Part shown: piece after piece, positions 51,230-63,999 of the stretch
Numbering within the stretch: position 1 is the stretch's first letter
Layout of the letters: every line of letters starts with the position of its first letter
Assembly: GCA_964248365.1 (NCBI GenBank)
Contig: CAXTYC010000002.1
Coordinates: 294,547-358,546 of the forward strand
From: an uncultured Chroococcidiopsis sp.
GTDB taxonomy: Bacteria > Cyanobacteriota > Cyanobacteriia > Cyanobacteriales > Chroococcidiopsidaceae
DNA length: 64,000 bases
Direction: 5' to 3'
Notes under the pieces: generated by a model
Told to the model about the DNA's origin: nothing
What the model saw: the letters and a program-made list of their open reading frames with translations, nothing else
Database searches by the model: none
Position numbers and translations under genes: made by a program

Positions 51230-52657
51230 CTAGCCCCTAGCCCCTAGCCCCTCCAAAAAAGCAGCACACTCTACATGAGATGTTTGAGGAAAAAAGTCTG
51301 CTGGTTGTACTCTGGATAAATAATATTTCCCTGTCTGACAAAGGAGTTTGAGATCACGGGCGAGAGTGGCTACTTTACAGCTAACGTAGACGATGCGTTG
51401 GGGTGAAGATTTCAGTAGACTATCGATGACAGTGCGATCGCATCCAGAGCGCGGTGGATCGAGCAGTACAATATCTGGCACAATCCCTAACCCAGGTAGC
51501 AGTTTTTCAACTTGTCCGGCTTGAAATGTGGCATTAGTAATACCATTAAGCTGAGCATTGATTTGGGCTTGCTCTACTGCTGCTGTTTGCTCCTCTATAC
51601 CAATTGCTTGTCGTACTTGCTGCGCTAGTGGCAAGGTTAATGTCCCAATGCCACAATATGCATCAACTAAGATTTCATCACCTTGCAAATTTAGTTGCTG
51701 TCGAATTACTTGTAACAATGCTTCGGCTGACTCGGTATAAACTTGGAAAAAAGTATCAGGACGTACTTGAAAAGTGAGTCCTGCAAACTGTTCTAGCAAG
51801 TAAGGCTTTCCTGCTATAGGGCGAGTTTGAGTGCCAAAAATCACATTTGTGCGCTCTTTGTTGCGATTGAGAGACACGCCTACTAGCCCAGGATAGCGTT
51901 TTAACCACTCGTCGGCTTGTTGCTCAATTCCTGGTAAGTGCCAATCTTTCACTACCAAAGTCAGCAGCATTTCTCCCGTCCGACGACCGATTCGTAGCGC
52001 TAAATGACGCACAAGTCCTTTATGATGGCGTTCATCATACACTTGCCATTGGCGTTGTTGGATGTCTTGCTTGACAGAGGCTAAAAGTGGATTTAAGCGC
52101 GAATCTTGCACGGGGCATTGATTTAGGTTGATCAGCAGGTGGCTACCTTTTTGGTAGTAACCAGCTTGTACCAAACCAGTGGCTGATTTACCTAGAGGAT
52201 AGGTGGCTTTGTTGCGATATCCTAAAGCAGCCCACGCAGCTAAAACTGGATCAACTGGGGGGTTAGTAAATCCTCCGATGCGTTCTAGGGCTTGGATAAC
52301 TTGGGTTCGTTTTGCTTGTAGTTGGTAATCATAATTGATATGCTGCCACTGACAACCGCCACACTTATCAGCAACAATGCAGCCAGAGCGGATGCGGTGG
52401 GGAGATGGTTCTAGTAATTGGTAGAGTTTACCATGAGCGTAGTTCGGTTTTACTCGTACAAGTCGGACTAAAACGCGATCGCCTGGTACAGTATCAGGTA
52501 CAAACACTACTCGTCCATTGATGCGCCCTACTCCATCACCAGTATCGTTCAAATCGGCGATCCCTACCTCAACAATTTCACCTTGTTGCCAAGAGTCGGA
52601 TGAGCGATCGCTATTTTCAGTATCAGTATTAAAATTAGGCAACTTGGTAACAGACAC
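51230..52657 (-). CDS. rlmD: 23S rRNA (uracil-5)-methyltransferase
   Basis: TRAM domain, CGGCQWQH, FFQV, DAYCGIG, LDPPR, DFFPQTSHVE. Confidence 0.95.
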   Translation of the reverse strand: MSVTKLPNFNTDTENSDRSSDSWQQGEIVEVGIADLNDTGDGVGRINGRVVFVPDTVPGDRVLVRLVRVKPNYAHGKLYQLLEPSPHRIRSGCIVADKCGGCQWQHINYDYQLQAKRTQVIQALERIGGFTNPPVDPVLAAWAALGYRNKATYPLGKSATGLVQAGYYQKGSHLLINLNQCPVQDSRLNPLLASVKQDIQQRQWQVYDERHHKGLVRHLALRIGRRTGEMLLTLVVKDWHLPGIEQQADEWLKRYPGLVGVSLNRNKERTNVIFGTQTRPIAGKPYLLEQFAGLTFQVRPDTFFQVYTESAEALLQVIRQQLNLQGDEILVDAYCGIGTLTLPLAQQVRQAIGIEEQTAAVEQAQINAQLNGITNATFQAGQVEKLLPGLGIVPDIVLLDPPRSGCDRTVIDSLLKSSPQRIVYVSCKVATLARDLKLLCQTGKYYLSRVQPADFFPQTSHVECAAFLEGLGARG

Positions 52658-52740
52658 AACTTGTGATCTCCCTTTCTTTGTGTGTCCAAGAATCGTTAAA
52701 CTACATAGTGATATTGATATTCTGACTCATCCCCATAATC

Positions 52741-53226
52741 ATGAGTGTAGTTAGCCAAGTTATTCTCCAAGCCGACGACGAGCTTCGTTACCCTAGCACG
52801 GGCGAACTCGAAAACATTAAAAACTTTTTGCAAACAGGCACACAGCGGATGCGAATCGCCGCTACCCTAGCCGAAAACGAGAAAAAGATTGTTCAGCAAG
52901 CCAGTAAACAGCTGTGGCAAAAACGCCCAGACTTTATCGCCCCAGGTGGAAACGCCTACGGTGAACGCCAACGGGCGCTATGTCTGCGCGACTATGGCTG
53001 GTATTTGCGCTTAATTACCTACGGGGTACTAGCTGGAGACAAAGAACCAATTGAAAAGATTGGTTTAATTGGGGTACGGGAAATGTACAATTCGCTGGGC
53101 GTTCCCGTTCCTGGTATGGTTGAATCGATTCGTTGCCTCAAAGCAGCTGCGCTTGGTTTACTAAGTGCGGAAGATGCAGCCGAAGCAGCGCCATACTTCG
53201 ATTACATTATTCAGGAAATGTCCTAA
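52741..53226 (+). CDS. apcD: Allophycocyanin-B alpha subunit
   Basis: [34 protein letters not shown]. Confidence 0.97.
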   Translation: MSVVSQVILQADDELRYPSTGELENIKNFLQTGTQRMRIAATLAENEKKIVQQASKQLWQKRPDFIAPGGNAYGERQRALCLRDYGWYLRLITYGVLAGDKEPIEKIGLIGVREMYNSLGVPVPGMVESIRCLKAAALGLLSAEDAAEAAPYFDYIIQEMS

Positions 53227-53345
53227 CGCAACTGATTTTAATTAAGAAATATTTCAAATATTTCTTCTTGACTTCCCCACGTTTGGTAGTGACGAAGGCA
53301 GGTTTATGTCGAGTTGCTAGCAAGCAGTGGGGAAATTTTGTTTTG

Positions 53346-53561
53346 CTACTGGTTTTGCAGTCGTGCTAACTGTAACCTCAAAATTTCTATATCTCCTGGT
53401 GGAGCTGTAACTGTATTAGGATCGTTTTTAATCCTCAAAAAATGTTCTTGTAAAGAGGCTTTGCGAACATCTTCATATTCTTGTCCTGTGTGTTCTAAAG
53501 CAAAATCAATCAACTCGTCGTTTGTCATCTGCTGAAGTTGATCCTTGAAATTTTCAGACAT
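53346..53561 (-). CDS. Small hypothetical protein (possibly DUF6887-like)
   Basis: QQMTNDELIDFALEH pattern; AT-rich; flanked by a REP-like palindrome. Confidence 0.5.
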   Translation of the reverse strand: MSENFKDQLQQMTNDELIDFALEHTGQEYEDVRKASLQEHFLRIKNDPNTVTAPPGDIEILRLQLARLQNQ

Positions 53562-53824
53562 ATTTTCTGCCTCTAAGTCCAATTAAAAAAGTAAGGAGGG
53601 CATGGGTGGCATACAACTTAATTTAACGAACCGCCAAGACGCAAAGGACGCGAAGGAAAAAGATAAGAAAAAGTAGGGTGGGCATTGCCCACCTACAACA
53701 TTTAAGGCTTACTGCGATCGTCACAGACAACCTTAAAACTTTAACTAGCAAATGCTGACTTTAAAAGCATTTTCAGTTTAATAATAAAGCTCACAAATAG
53801 TAAAATAATTTCACAGTAGTTAAT

Positions 53825-54299
53825 ATGGCAACTCCTTTAGACTCTTTATTACCCCCATTGCGGTTAATTACTTTTCCTGTTAGTCACTATTGTGAAAAAG
53901 CACGGTGGGCGTTGAATAGGCTGAACATTCCCTACGTTGAAGAACGTCACGCACCGCTATTTCATCACTTGGCAACAAGTCGTGTAGGTGGAAAGTCTGT
54001 GCCAGTCTTGATTGCTGGAACGCAGGCTTTTACCGATTCTACAGATATTATGAAATATCTGGATCTGATCGCCCCTGAGAATGCCAAGTTGTACCCTTTA
54101 TATCCAGATTTGCGGGGGCAAGTTGAGGAATTGGAAGCACTATTCAACACTGGGCTTGGAACTGCAACGCGGGTTTGGGCATATTCCTACGAATTTAGAA
54201 CAATTACCACCGAAAATGTTTGAGGAAGTTTGTGCGTTTCGAGAGATGCCAGCAGGAGCATTTGCGCTACGATTATGGCGCGATCGTGTAGCTAAATAA
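53825..54299 (+). pseudogene. Glutathione S-transferase with internal deletion/frameshift
   Basis: N-domain SHYCEKARWAL, SVPVL, DSTDI; C-terminal tail LPP...FREMPAGAFALRLW in another frame after ~54190. Confidence 0.8.
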
Positions 54300-54390
54300 A
54301 TTATAAACGGAGCAATGTTTTATTTATACAGCAACGCTACAGTTGATAATTAAATAAAAGGCGTAAGTTTTAACTTTTCAGGCATTGTTA

Positions 54391-55053
54391 ATGGTTGATT
54401 CTATGATTAGTACATCAAGTCCAGCCGAACAAAGAGTATTACTAAAAAACATCAGTTGGCAACTGTTTGAAAGCTTGTTGCAGGAAATGGGAGAACAGCG
54501 TTCTACCCGACTGGCTTATCACAAGGGAAAACTAGAGTTAATGACACCACTTTGGGAGCATGAAAATCGTAACAGAGTAATAGACCGCTTAATTTCAACT
54601 TTGATAGAAGAACTAAACCTTGAATATAGTCCTGGTGGTTCCTTCACTTTGAAACGTCGAGAAATGTCTGCTGGTAAAGAACCAGATTCATGCTATTACA
54701 TACAAAATGAAGCATGGGTAAGAGGCAAAAAAGAAATAGATTTAACTCAAGTTCCACCGCCAGATTTAGCCCTTGAAATTGATATTACTAGCAGTTCTTT
54801 AAATCAATTGAGTATCTATTCAGATTTAGGTGTGCCTGAAGTATGGAGATACAACGGTAGTAGATTGCAAATCTATCAACTTCAAAATGGAGAATATGTA
54901 GAATGCGGCTTTTCCCCTACTTTCCCCTTACTCCCAGCGACCGCTGTTGAAGAATTTTTAGAGCAATGTCAAACCTTGGGTGTAACTCAAGCGGTGCGTC
55001 AATTTCGCCAATGGATAAGAAATCAGCTACAAAATACCGAAAGCGGACAATGA
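54391..55053 (+). CDS. Uma2-family endonuclease (DUF820)
   Basis: ISWQ, LELMTP..EHE, EPDSCYY, PPDLALEIDITS, GVPEVWRY. Confidence 0.93.
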   Translation: MVDSMISTSSPAEQRVLLKNISWQLFESLLQEMGEQRSTRLAYHKGKLELMTPLWEHENRNRVIDRLISTLIEELNLEYSPGGSFTLKRREMSAGKEPDSCYYIQNEAWVRGKKEIDLTQVPPPDLALEIDITSSSLNQLSIYSDLGVPEVWRYNGSRLQIYQLQNGEYVECGFSPTFPLLPATAVEEFLEQCQTLGVTQAVRQFRQWIRNQLQNTESGQ

Positions 55054-55095
55054 TTTAGCTAAAATAAGGGTTTGTCCTATTTGTCCCATGCTCCT

Positions 55096-57558
<2,463 letters not shown>

Positions 57559-57741
57559 GATCCCAGTAATTTTAAACCAAATTATTATCCAAAATCAATG
57601 CCCTTGGGAAGCATTATTAAGCTAATCTTGTTATGGGTAATAGTTAACTTTTTGTTAAGTATTAGTTAATGTTTCTGAATTGATTAGTTCAGATTATAGA
57701 TCTCCCAGAATCAACACGCCGCTTAGGAGCAAAGCTGTAGC

Positions 57742-59259
57742 ATGATTCCACACCAGCCGCCCACCGATAGTATGAATTATGAAGACAAAAAGATGAATGA
57801 AGAATTGATTCATAATTCATCCTTAATCCATGAGCCTTCTGATAAGCAAGAAGAAGCCTGTGGTGTTTTTGGTATCTATGCACCCCACGAGGACGTTGCT
57901 AAACTAACCTACTTTGGTTTGTACGCCCTGCAACACCGAGGGCAGGAGTCGGCTGGAATCGCCACATTTGAAGGTGAACAAGTGTATTTGCATAAAGAAA
58001 TGGGGCTGGTGTCCCAAGTCTTTAATGAATCAATTTTGCAGCAGATGCCAGGTAGTATAGCCGTAGGTCATACTCGTTACTCGACTACTGGTTCTAGCCG
58101 TGTTGTGAATGCTCAGCCAGCAGTATTAGAAACTCGCTTAGGTTCTCTTGCGCTAGCACATAATGGTAATTTAGTCAATACTCCTCAATTACGCGAAGAG
58201 TTGCTAAAGCGCCAGTGTAACTTAATTACTACTACGGATTCAGAGTTAATCGCCTTTGGGATCGCCCTGGAAGTCAACGCAGGGAAAGAATGGTTAGATG
58301 GAGCGATCGCCGCCTTGCAGCAGTGCCAGGGAGCCTTTAGTTTAGTAATTGGGACACCAGGGGGAATCATGGGCGCTCGCGATCCGAACGGCATCCGTCC
58401 CTTGGTAATTGGTACTTTGGGCAGCAATCCCTATCGTTACGTTCTTGCCTCGGAAACTTGTGGATTAGATATTATTGGTGCAGAATACCTACGAGATGTA
58501 GAACCTGGCGAGTTAGTTTGGATTACCGAAGAAGGATTAGCCTCTTATCATTGGGCGCAAAAACCCCAGCGCAAGCTGTGTATCTTTGAAATGATTTACT
58601 TTGCCCGTCCAGATAGCACCATGAATAGTGAGAGTTTGTACAGCTATCGATTACAGCTAGGAAGACAACTGGCAGAAGAATCTTTCATAGAAGCCGACAT
58701 GGTAATGGGTGTGCCTGATTCTGGTGTGCCAGCTGCTATCGGCTTTTCTCAAGCTTCGGGTATTCCCTATGCAGAAGGGCTAATTAAAAATCGCTACGTA
58801 GGACGAACCTTCATTCAACCGACTCAAACTATGCGTGAGTCGGGCATCCGCATGAAACTCAACCCGCTCAAAGATGTGTTAGCTGGCAAACGAGTCGTAA
58901 TTGTAGATGACTCAATTGTACGCGGAACAACCAGCCGCAAACTAGTCAAGATGCTGCGAGATGCAGGCGCACTTGAGGTGCATATGCGGATTTCTTCTCC
59001 GCCAGTTACTCACCCCTGCTTTTATGGTATCGATACTGACAGCCAAGATCAGCTAATCGCCGCTACAAAGTCAGTCGAAGAGATTGCCCGACAAATAGAG
59101 GTAGACTCTCTTGCCTATCTCAGTTTGGATGGAATGCTCAAAGCTACGAAAGAAGATCCTAACACTTTCTGTTCTGCTTGTTTCACAGGTGATTATCCCA
59201 TCGCCATTCCTGAAAATGTCAAACGCTCTAAGCTGATTTTAGAGCGATCGCCCGTTTAA
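57742..59259 (+). CDS. purF: Amidophosphoribosyltransferase
   Basis: EACGVFG, QHRGQESAG, GHTRYST, VDDSIVRGTT. Confidence 0.98.
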   Translation: MIPHQPPTDSMNYEDKKMNEELIHNSSLIHEPSDKQEEACGVFGIYAPHEDVAKLTYFGLYALQHRGQESAGIATFEGEQVYLHKEMGLVSQVFNESILQQMPGSIAVGHTRYSTTGSSRVVNAQPAVLETRLGSLALAHNGNLVNTPQLREELLKRQCNLITTTDSELIAFGIALEVNAGKEWLDGAIAALQQCQGAFSLVIGTPGGIMGARDPNGIRPLVIGTLGSNPYRYVLASETCGLDIIGAEYLRDVEPGELVWITEEGLASYHWAQKPQRKLCIFEMIYFARPDSTMNSESLYSYRLQLGRQLAEESFIEADMVMGVPDSGVPAAIGFSQASGIPYAEGLIKNRYVGRTFIQPTQTMRESGIRMKLNPLKDVLAGKRVVIVDDSIVRGTTSRKLVKMLRDAGALEVHMRISSPPVTHPCFYGIDTDSQDQLIAATKSVEEIARQIEVDSLAYLSLDGMLKATKEDPNTFCSACFTGDYPIAIPENVKRSKLILERSPV

Positions 59260-59267
59260 TATCCACT

Positions 59268-59299
59268 TACCGCCGTAGCCCAGCCCCGCTATGGTGGTA
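59268..59299 (+). terminator. Stem-loop after purF
   Basis: TACCGCCGTAGC / GCTATGGTGGTA with G-U pairs; no U tract. Confidence 0.45.
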
Positions 59300-59450
59300 G
59301 GACTGACGCTAACAGCAATAACTCATTGGTTGCTAGTGTAACGAGTGCATTACAACCGATGCTTAAACCAACCGTCCTCAAGCACTTTGCCCCAGCGGCT
59401 GCGGATAACTATGCCCTAAAATTAAGAAAATCTGTGGCTATGTGGCGAAT

Positions 59451-59682
59451 ATGGATAGAATCTCGGTCAACCCTCAAACTCACTTTGGTAAGCCTTGCAT
59501 AGTCGGTACGCGCATCACTGTGCAGAGCGTTCTTGAATTGCTCAACGAAGGGCTTTCCTTTGAAGAAATTATCAAAAGACTATTATCCCGACCTTCAAGT
59601 TGAGGATATTCGTGCTTGTCTGCGGTACGCCATTGCGCTGGTGGCGGCTGAGGACATTCGCCTTGTATGCGCGACATCGTGA
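59451..59682 (+). pseudogene. DUF433 antitoxin, frameshifted
   Basis: MDRISVNPQTHFGKPCIVGTRITV..., +1 shift in the A run near 59575, then DYYPDLQVEDIRACLRYA. Confidence 0.88.
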
Positions 59683-60211
59683 GATTCGTTACTTGACCAA
59701 GATGTTTTCGCTTTGACGGCAAGATTTTTGGTAGATGCCGAACATGATGTGATTCTTGTTGCTCAGATTGGTCTTTCGCAAGCAAGTGATGAAGAAATTC
59801 TTAGGACACACGAACAGCAACGTATTCTTGTGACGCGAGACAGGGACTACGGAAATCTTGTTTTTGTTAGATTCACATATTGCACCAGTTTCAATAACCG
59901 CCCCTTACTTCTTTTTTGGGCTAATAGCTCAAGTCCATTGAAATGGACTGCAACCCAATGTTAGTCTTCTTAAGAAGACTTTGGCTTGAGAGCCTGCTAA
60001 TTAATTAGCAGGCGGACTATGGGGTAGGTGCAAGATCTAAGTTAGAGCAATTGGAACTGGTATTATTTACCTTCGAGTCCTGCCAAGCACTGCGAATGGA
60101 GTTCACACCGAACTAGCACGAATTTTACAAACCTACTCTGAAGTGGAATTAACAGGAGCATTTGTGGTTGTAGAACCAGATGGACATAGGTTTAGAAAAC
60201 TATTTTTATAG
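59679..60211 (+). pseudogene. DUF5615 PIN-like toxin, frameshifted and MITE-interrupted
   Basis: MRF/LLDQDV...SDEEIL...ILVTRDRDYGNLVFVR[MITE]AIGTGIIYLRV...GAFVVVEPDGHRFR; GTGA overlap with DUF433. Confidence 0.88.
59872..60041. mobile_element. MITE, 170 bp, copy 2 (opposite orientation to copy 1)
   Basis: Ends TTCACATATTGCACC ... GGTGCAAGATCTAAG; TTAGA at 59867-59871 and 60042-60046; excision restores the toxin frame at this site. Confidence 0.85.
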
Positions 60212-60254
60212 AACCTGCGCTAAATTCGGCAGTGCAACTAGTTATTAGGCTGCC

Positions 60255-61368
60255 CTACTCTACCTGCTGTGACAAGACGTGTTGGCGGTATCTAGCTGCC
60301 ATTTCTTCCGCTTTTTCATAAACCTTCAACGGCTCTTTGAGCATATCACCACCTGGTTCAGGCTCTAGATCGCTAGTTGAGAGTAAAACTCGCCCTTTTT
60401 CAACATCCATCCACACAATCATTGCTCTCACCCAGTCGTTGCACTTAAAAACTCGTTGTGGATGTTCAACAGGCAGTTGAGAAATTGTAGAGATGTGCAG
60501 TAGGGCATGATAACCCCCAATATCGACAAATAACCCCATACGGTTTAACACGTCGTACAGTGCCATCGACTATTTGACCAAGCTTGAGCGTTTTGAGTCT
60601 AACTTTGGCTTGAGTCCGACGGCGGTTTTGGTCATCTCGGCTTTGCTTACCTAATCCATACTCTGTTTCTAACGTAGCCCGTCGTTCTTGATACCAGCTT
60701 GGATTGACTTCACCCAAAGCAATATCGATAGGTAGCGTTTTGTCCATATCGGTAAGTACTTGTGCTTGGGTTGTTTGACCTGTAGCACACAACGTTGCAA
60801 TCTCTAACAGAGTGTCTTGCAAGATGACCAACATTTGTTGTTCTTGCCTTAGTTGCTTCCAGACAGTTTCAAGTCCAGTTTTGGCAACCCTACCATGCCC
60901 TCCTTTGTACATTGCTAAATGCTTTTGCCAATTATGGCTAGGAATATGAGGTAGTTTAAACAATGCTTCCCAATCTGTATTGCTCAGGTTATCAAGGTAT
61001 GACCAGTCTGATGGGTGATAGTCATGCTTGATAAATTCAACAATTCCATCATGAAACGCCTTGAGTAATTGATGACGCTCAACTTGTGTATTCAGACGTG
61101 TTGTGGTGTCTTTGCCGCACATCCAAGGCTCAAGACGAAACAGTATAAACTCATCACTCGATTGTTCGGCAACAAGCTCTACTCCACGACCTTCCTCATC
61201 AATTATCATTGTTGCTGGTAATTGCAAGTCTCGAATCTGCCCAAGCCAGATATAAAGTTCTTTGTAAGGATCAAATACGCTCGATGTGTGAATTTGAGTA
61301 CAGACGTGACTGCACTCTATGCTTATTGAAATCCATCCATGAGGAGATTGCTTAAAAGCAACTTTCAT
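60255..61368 (-). pseudogene. Unknown N-terminal domain fused to an S1 RNA-binding domain, +1 frameshift
   Basis: ...GQIVDGTVRRVKPYG / LFVDIGGYHALLHIS...; extra base in the 4-bp G/C run at 60534-60537. Confidence 0.8.
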
Positions 61369-61554
61369 TATCCACAGCCTCCCTTAAAAAGGGGGATTGG
61401 GGGGATGTGGCGATCGCTCACAGACAACACCAACGATCGCACCCAGCTATCATCGATAATCCCAAAGTACCACCCTACTAACCACTTAGCGGTATAACTA
61501 GTTATAAATGAAATTTTCCCGTATATTCTGTCGATTAATCCAAAATCCAACAGT

Positions 61555-62166
61555 TTAACCCAACTGCGTGGAACCCAAATATTTCGTTAAATAAGGTGAA
61601 AATACTTCATAAATCAACGTTAGGGGTTTTCCATTATGCCAAAACAGGTAATGACGACCCCAAAAGGGACTTTTTTGATTAAAGCCTTTCTCTAAAGCTT
61701 CCGAGTAACCGTAGTGAATTCCCTGGACATCTCGATACAACTCGGTGCGTAGTTGAGTCAAACTAGCCCAAATCGGCATTGCTCGGTTCTGCAAATACTC
61801 ATCTACATGACTAGCTTCCCACCAGGAAGTAGCATATAACAATCGCTGACCAGAGGCGGTACGCAGCCATACTTGTCGTCTTAATCTTGGTCCTGGTATA
61901 GCTTGAATAATATCAGGCGCTCCATCTAAGTCCATCCCCACAACGGACATATCGATTACATCTACTTCCGTCGGCTCACCTGTGAGCATTTGAACTTGTC
62001 GTGTCGGTGAGCCATCCCCTAAAAGTAGCATCTGCCAAAGGGGGGAAAGTTGAGTGTGAGGCAAGCCTTTTTGTACAATTTCCTCGCCTCCTTCCCAAAT
62101 TGGTGTCAAGCGATGCCAAGCTGTTGGCAGTGTTAGTTTGTTTACTGATTCAAATTTTGTAGCCAA
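61555..62166 (-). CDS. ubiC: Chorismate lyase (cyanobacterial UbiC-like, DUF98)
   Basis: LLGDGSPTR, RRQVWL, YATSWW, RHYLFW..G.PLTLIYEVFSP. Confidence 0.8.
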   Translation of the reverse strand: MATKFESVNKLTLPTAWHRLTPIWEGGEEIVQKGLPHTQLSPLWQMLLLGDGSPTRQVQMLTGEPTEVDVIDMSVVGMDLDGAPDIIQAIPGPRLRRQVWLRTASGQRLLYATSWWEASHVDEYLQNRAMPIWASLTQLRTELYRDVQGIHYGYSEALEKGFNQKSPFWGRHYLFWHNGKPLTLIYEVFSPYLTKYLGSTQLG

Positions 62167-62221
62167 TTTCTTTACAAATCTTTATGACTCTATTTCAAAT
62201 CATAAACAATCACAGGGCAAT

Positions 62222-62398
62222 TCGGAAGCCGGAAGTCAGAAGTCTCCAAGTCAGGAGTCAGGAGTATCCAAGTCAGAAGGCAGAAGTCAGGAGTCTCCAA
62301 GTCAGGAGTTGTGTAGTTCTCCCCTTTAGCCCCTTTAGCCCCTCTGCTCCCCACAGCGATCCCTGCTCTTTTCTAGCCCCTAGTCTCTAGCCCCTAGA
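62222..62398. repeat. Modular repeat cassette
   Basis: GGAGTCA/GAAGTCA arm; CCCCTTTAG and CCCCTAG arm. Confidence 0.85.
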
Positions 62399-62399
62399 A

Positions 62400-62482
62400 T
62401 GCGGATGGCGAGACTCGAACTCGCAAGGGCATTGCCCACACGCCCCTCAAACGTGCGCGTATACCAATTCCGCCACATCCGC
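62400..62482 (-). tRNA. trnL: tRNA-Leu (anticodon GAG)
   Basis: GCGGATG acceptor stem, D loop GGAATTGGTATAC, anticodon loop TTGAGGG, long variable arm, T loop GTTCGAG; CCA not encoded. Confidence 0.96.
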
Positions 62483-62525
62483 AACAATCGTAGATAACTA
62501 GTATAGCATATTCAAGGGAATAATT

Positions 62526-62581
62526 GGTAACTGGTAACTGGTAACTGGTAACTGGTAACTGGTAACTGGTAACTGGTAACT
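62526..62581. repeat. (GGTAACT)x8 heptamer array
   Basis: Eight perfect copies between divergent tRNA-Leu and accC. Confidence 0.95.
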
Positions 62582-62628
62582 GTTTAAAAGCTCTATGCTA
62601 CAGATGATATAGAAATCATTGCTGGAAG

Positions 62629-63999
62629 ATGCGGTTTGATAAAATCTTGATTGCTAACCGAGGGGAAATCGCCCTCCGAATTCTTCGCACTTGTGAAGAA
62701 ATGGGAATTGGTACTGTTGCGGTTCACTCTACAGTAGACCGCGATGCCCTGCACGTCCAATTGGCTGATGAGTCAGTTTGTATAGGTGAAGCTCCCAGTA
62801 GTAAAAGTTATCTAAATATTCCCAGGATTATTGCAGCTGCTTTGACAAGAAATGCTACAGCCATTCATCCTGGCTATGGCTTTTTGGCTGAAAATGCCAG
62901 ATTTGCTGAAATCTGTGCCGATCACGAAATTGTATTTATTGGACCATCGCCAGAAGCAATTTTGGCAATGGGTGATAAATCAACTGCCAAGGAAACAATG
63001 ATTAAGGCTGGAGTTCCCACTATCCCAGGTAGTGATGGATTGGTCAAAAACGAAAAAGAAGCGGCTGCGATCGCTCAAAAAATTGGCTATCCAGTCATGA
63101 TTAAAGCTACAGCTGGCGGTGGCGGTAGGGGAATGCGGCTAGTACGAGACGAAAAAGACTTAGTGAAGTTATTTTTAGCAGCTCAGGGAGAAGCAGAAGC
63201 CGCCTTTGGAAATCCAGGGCTTTATTTAGAGAAGTTTATCGAACGTCCTCGCCATATTGAATTTCAAATTCTAGCTGATAGTTATGGTAATGTAGTTCAC
63301 CTGGGTGAGCGCGACTGCTCGATTCAGCGTCGCCACCAAAAACTATTAGAAGAAGCTCCAAGTCCAGCTTTAACCCCAGAACTACGAGAAAAAATGGGAG
63401 CTGCTGCCATAGTGGCTGCCAAGTCGATTAACTATGTGGGAGCAGGCACAGTTGAGTTTTTACTTTCTCAAACTGGTGAGTTTTACTTTATGGAAATGAA
63501 CACTCGGATTCAAGTTGAACATCCAGTTACAGAAATGATTACTGGGCTAGATTTAATTGCCGAACAAATCCGAGTAGCTGAGGGAGAAAAACTTTCACTT
63601 ACCCAAGACACGGTAAATCTACGAGGTCATGCGATCGAATGCCGGATCAACGCCGAAGATCCAGACCGCGACTTCCGTCCGGCTCCTGGGCGAATAAGCG
63701 GTTATCTACCGCCTGGAGGTCCTGGGGTGCGGATAGATTCTCATGTTTATACTGATTATCAAATTCCTCCCTACTACGATTCCCTAATTGGTAAGTTAAT
63801 TGTCTGGGGACCAGACCGCCCAACCGCAATTAAACGGATGAAAAGGGCATTGCGGGAATGTGCGCTCACAGGCTTACCGACTACAATCAGCTTTCATCAA
63901 AAGATTCTGGAAACACCAGAGTTTTTGCAAGGTGAGGTTTACACAAACTTTGTTGAACAAGTGATGATGCCAAAAAAGGGAGTAGGGAGTAGGGAGTAG
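62629..63999 (+). CDS. accC: Acetyl-CoA carboxylase biotin carboxylase
   Basis: [35 protein letters not shown]; stop codon lies within a GGGAGTA repeat. Confidence 0.98.
   Translation: MRFDKILIANRGEIALRILRTCEEMGIGTVAVHSTVDRDALHVQLADESVCIGEAPSSKSYLNIPRIIAAALTRNATAIHPGYGFLAENARFAEICADHEIVFIGPSPEAILAMGDKSTAKETMIKAGVPTIPGSDGLVKNEKEAAAIAQKIGYPVMIKATAGGGGRGMRLVRDEKDLVKLFLAAQGEAEAAFGNPGLYLEKFIERPRHIEFQILADSYGNVVHLGERDCSIQRRHQKLLEEAPSPALTPELREKMGAAAIVAAKSINYVGAGTVEFLLSQTGEFYFMEMNTRIQVEHPVTEMITGLDLIAEQIRVAEGEKLSLTQDTVNLRGHAIECRINAEDPDRDFRPAPGRISGYLPPGGPGVRIDSHVYTDYQIPPYYDSLIGKLIVWGPDRPTAIKRMKRALRECALTGLPTTISFHQKILETPEFLQGEVYTNFVEQVMMPKKGVGSRE

Noticed and set aside
59480..59785. 101-aa minus-strand ORF
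   Set aside because: Shadow of the plus-strand DUF433/DUF5615 pseudogenes.
59300..60256. Integron attC-like half sites (GCGGATAACTATGC near 59401; reverse-strand GCCTAATAACTAGTTGCAC near 60234-60252)
   Set aside because: No complete paired RYYYAAC/GTTRRRY site could be built and no integron integrase is present.
62340..62482. tRNA-Leu as the attachment site of a genomic island
   Set aside because: No duplicated tRNA 3' end or integrase was found nearby; the neighbouring gene is a core chorismate lyase.
62526..62581. Possible CRISPR array (also considered for 35451-35490 and 44995-45030)
   Set aside because: Contiguous 7-9 nt tandem units with no unique spacers and no cas genes in the window.
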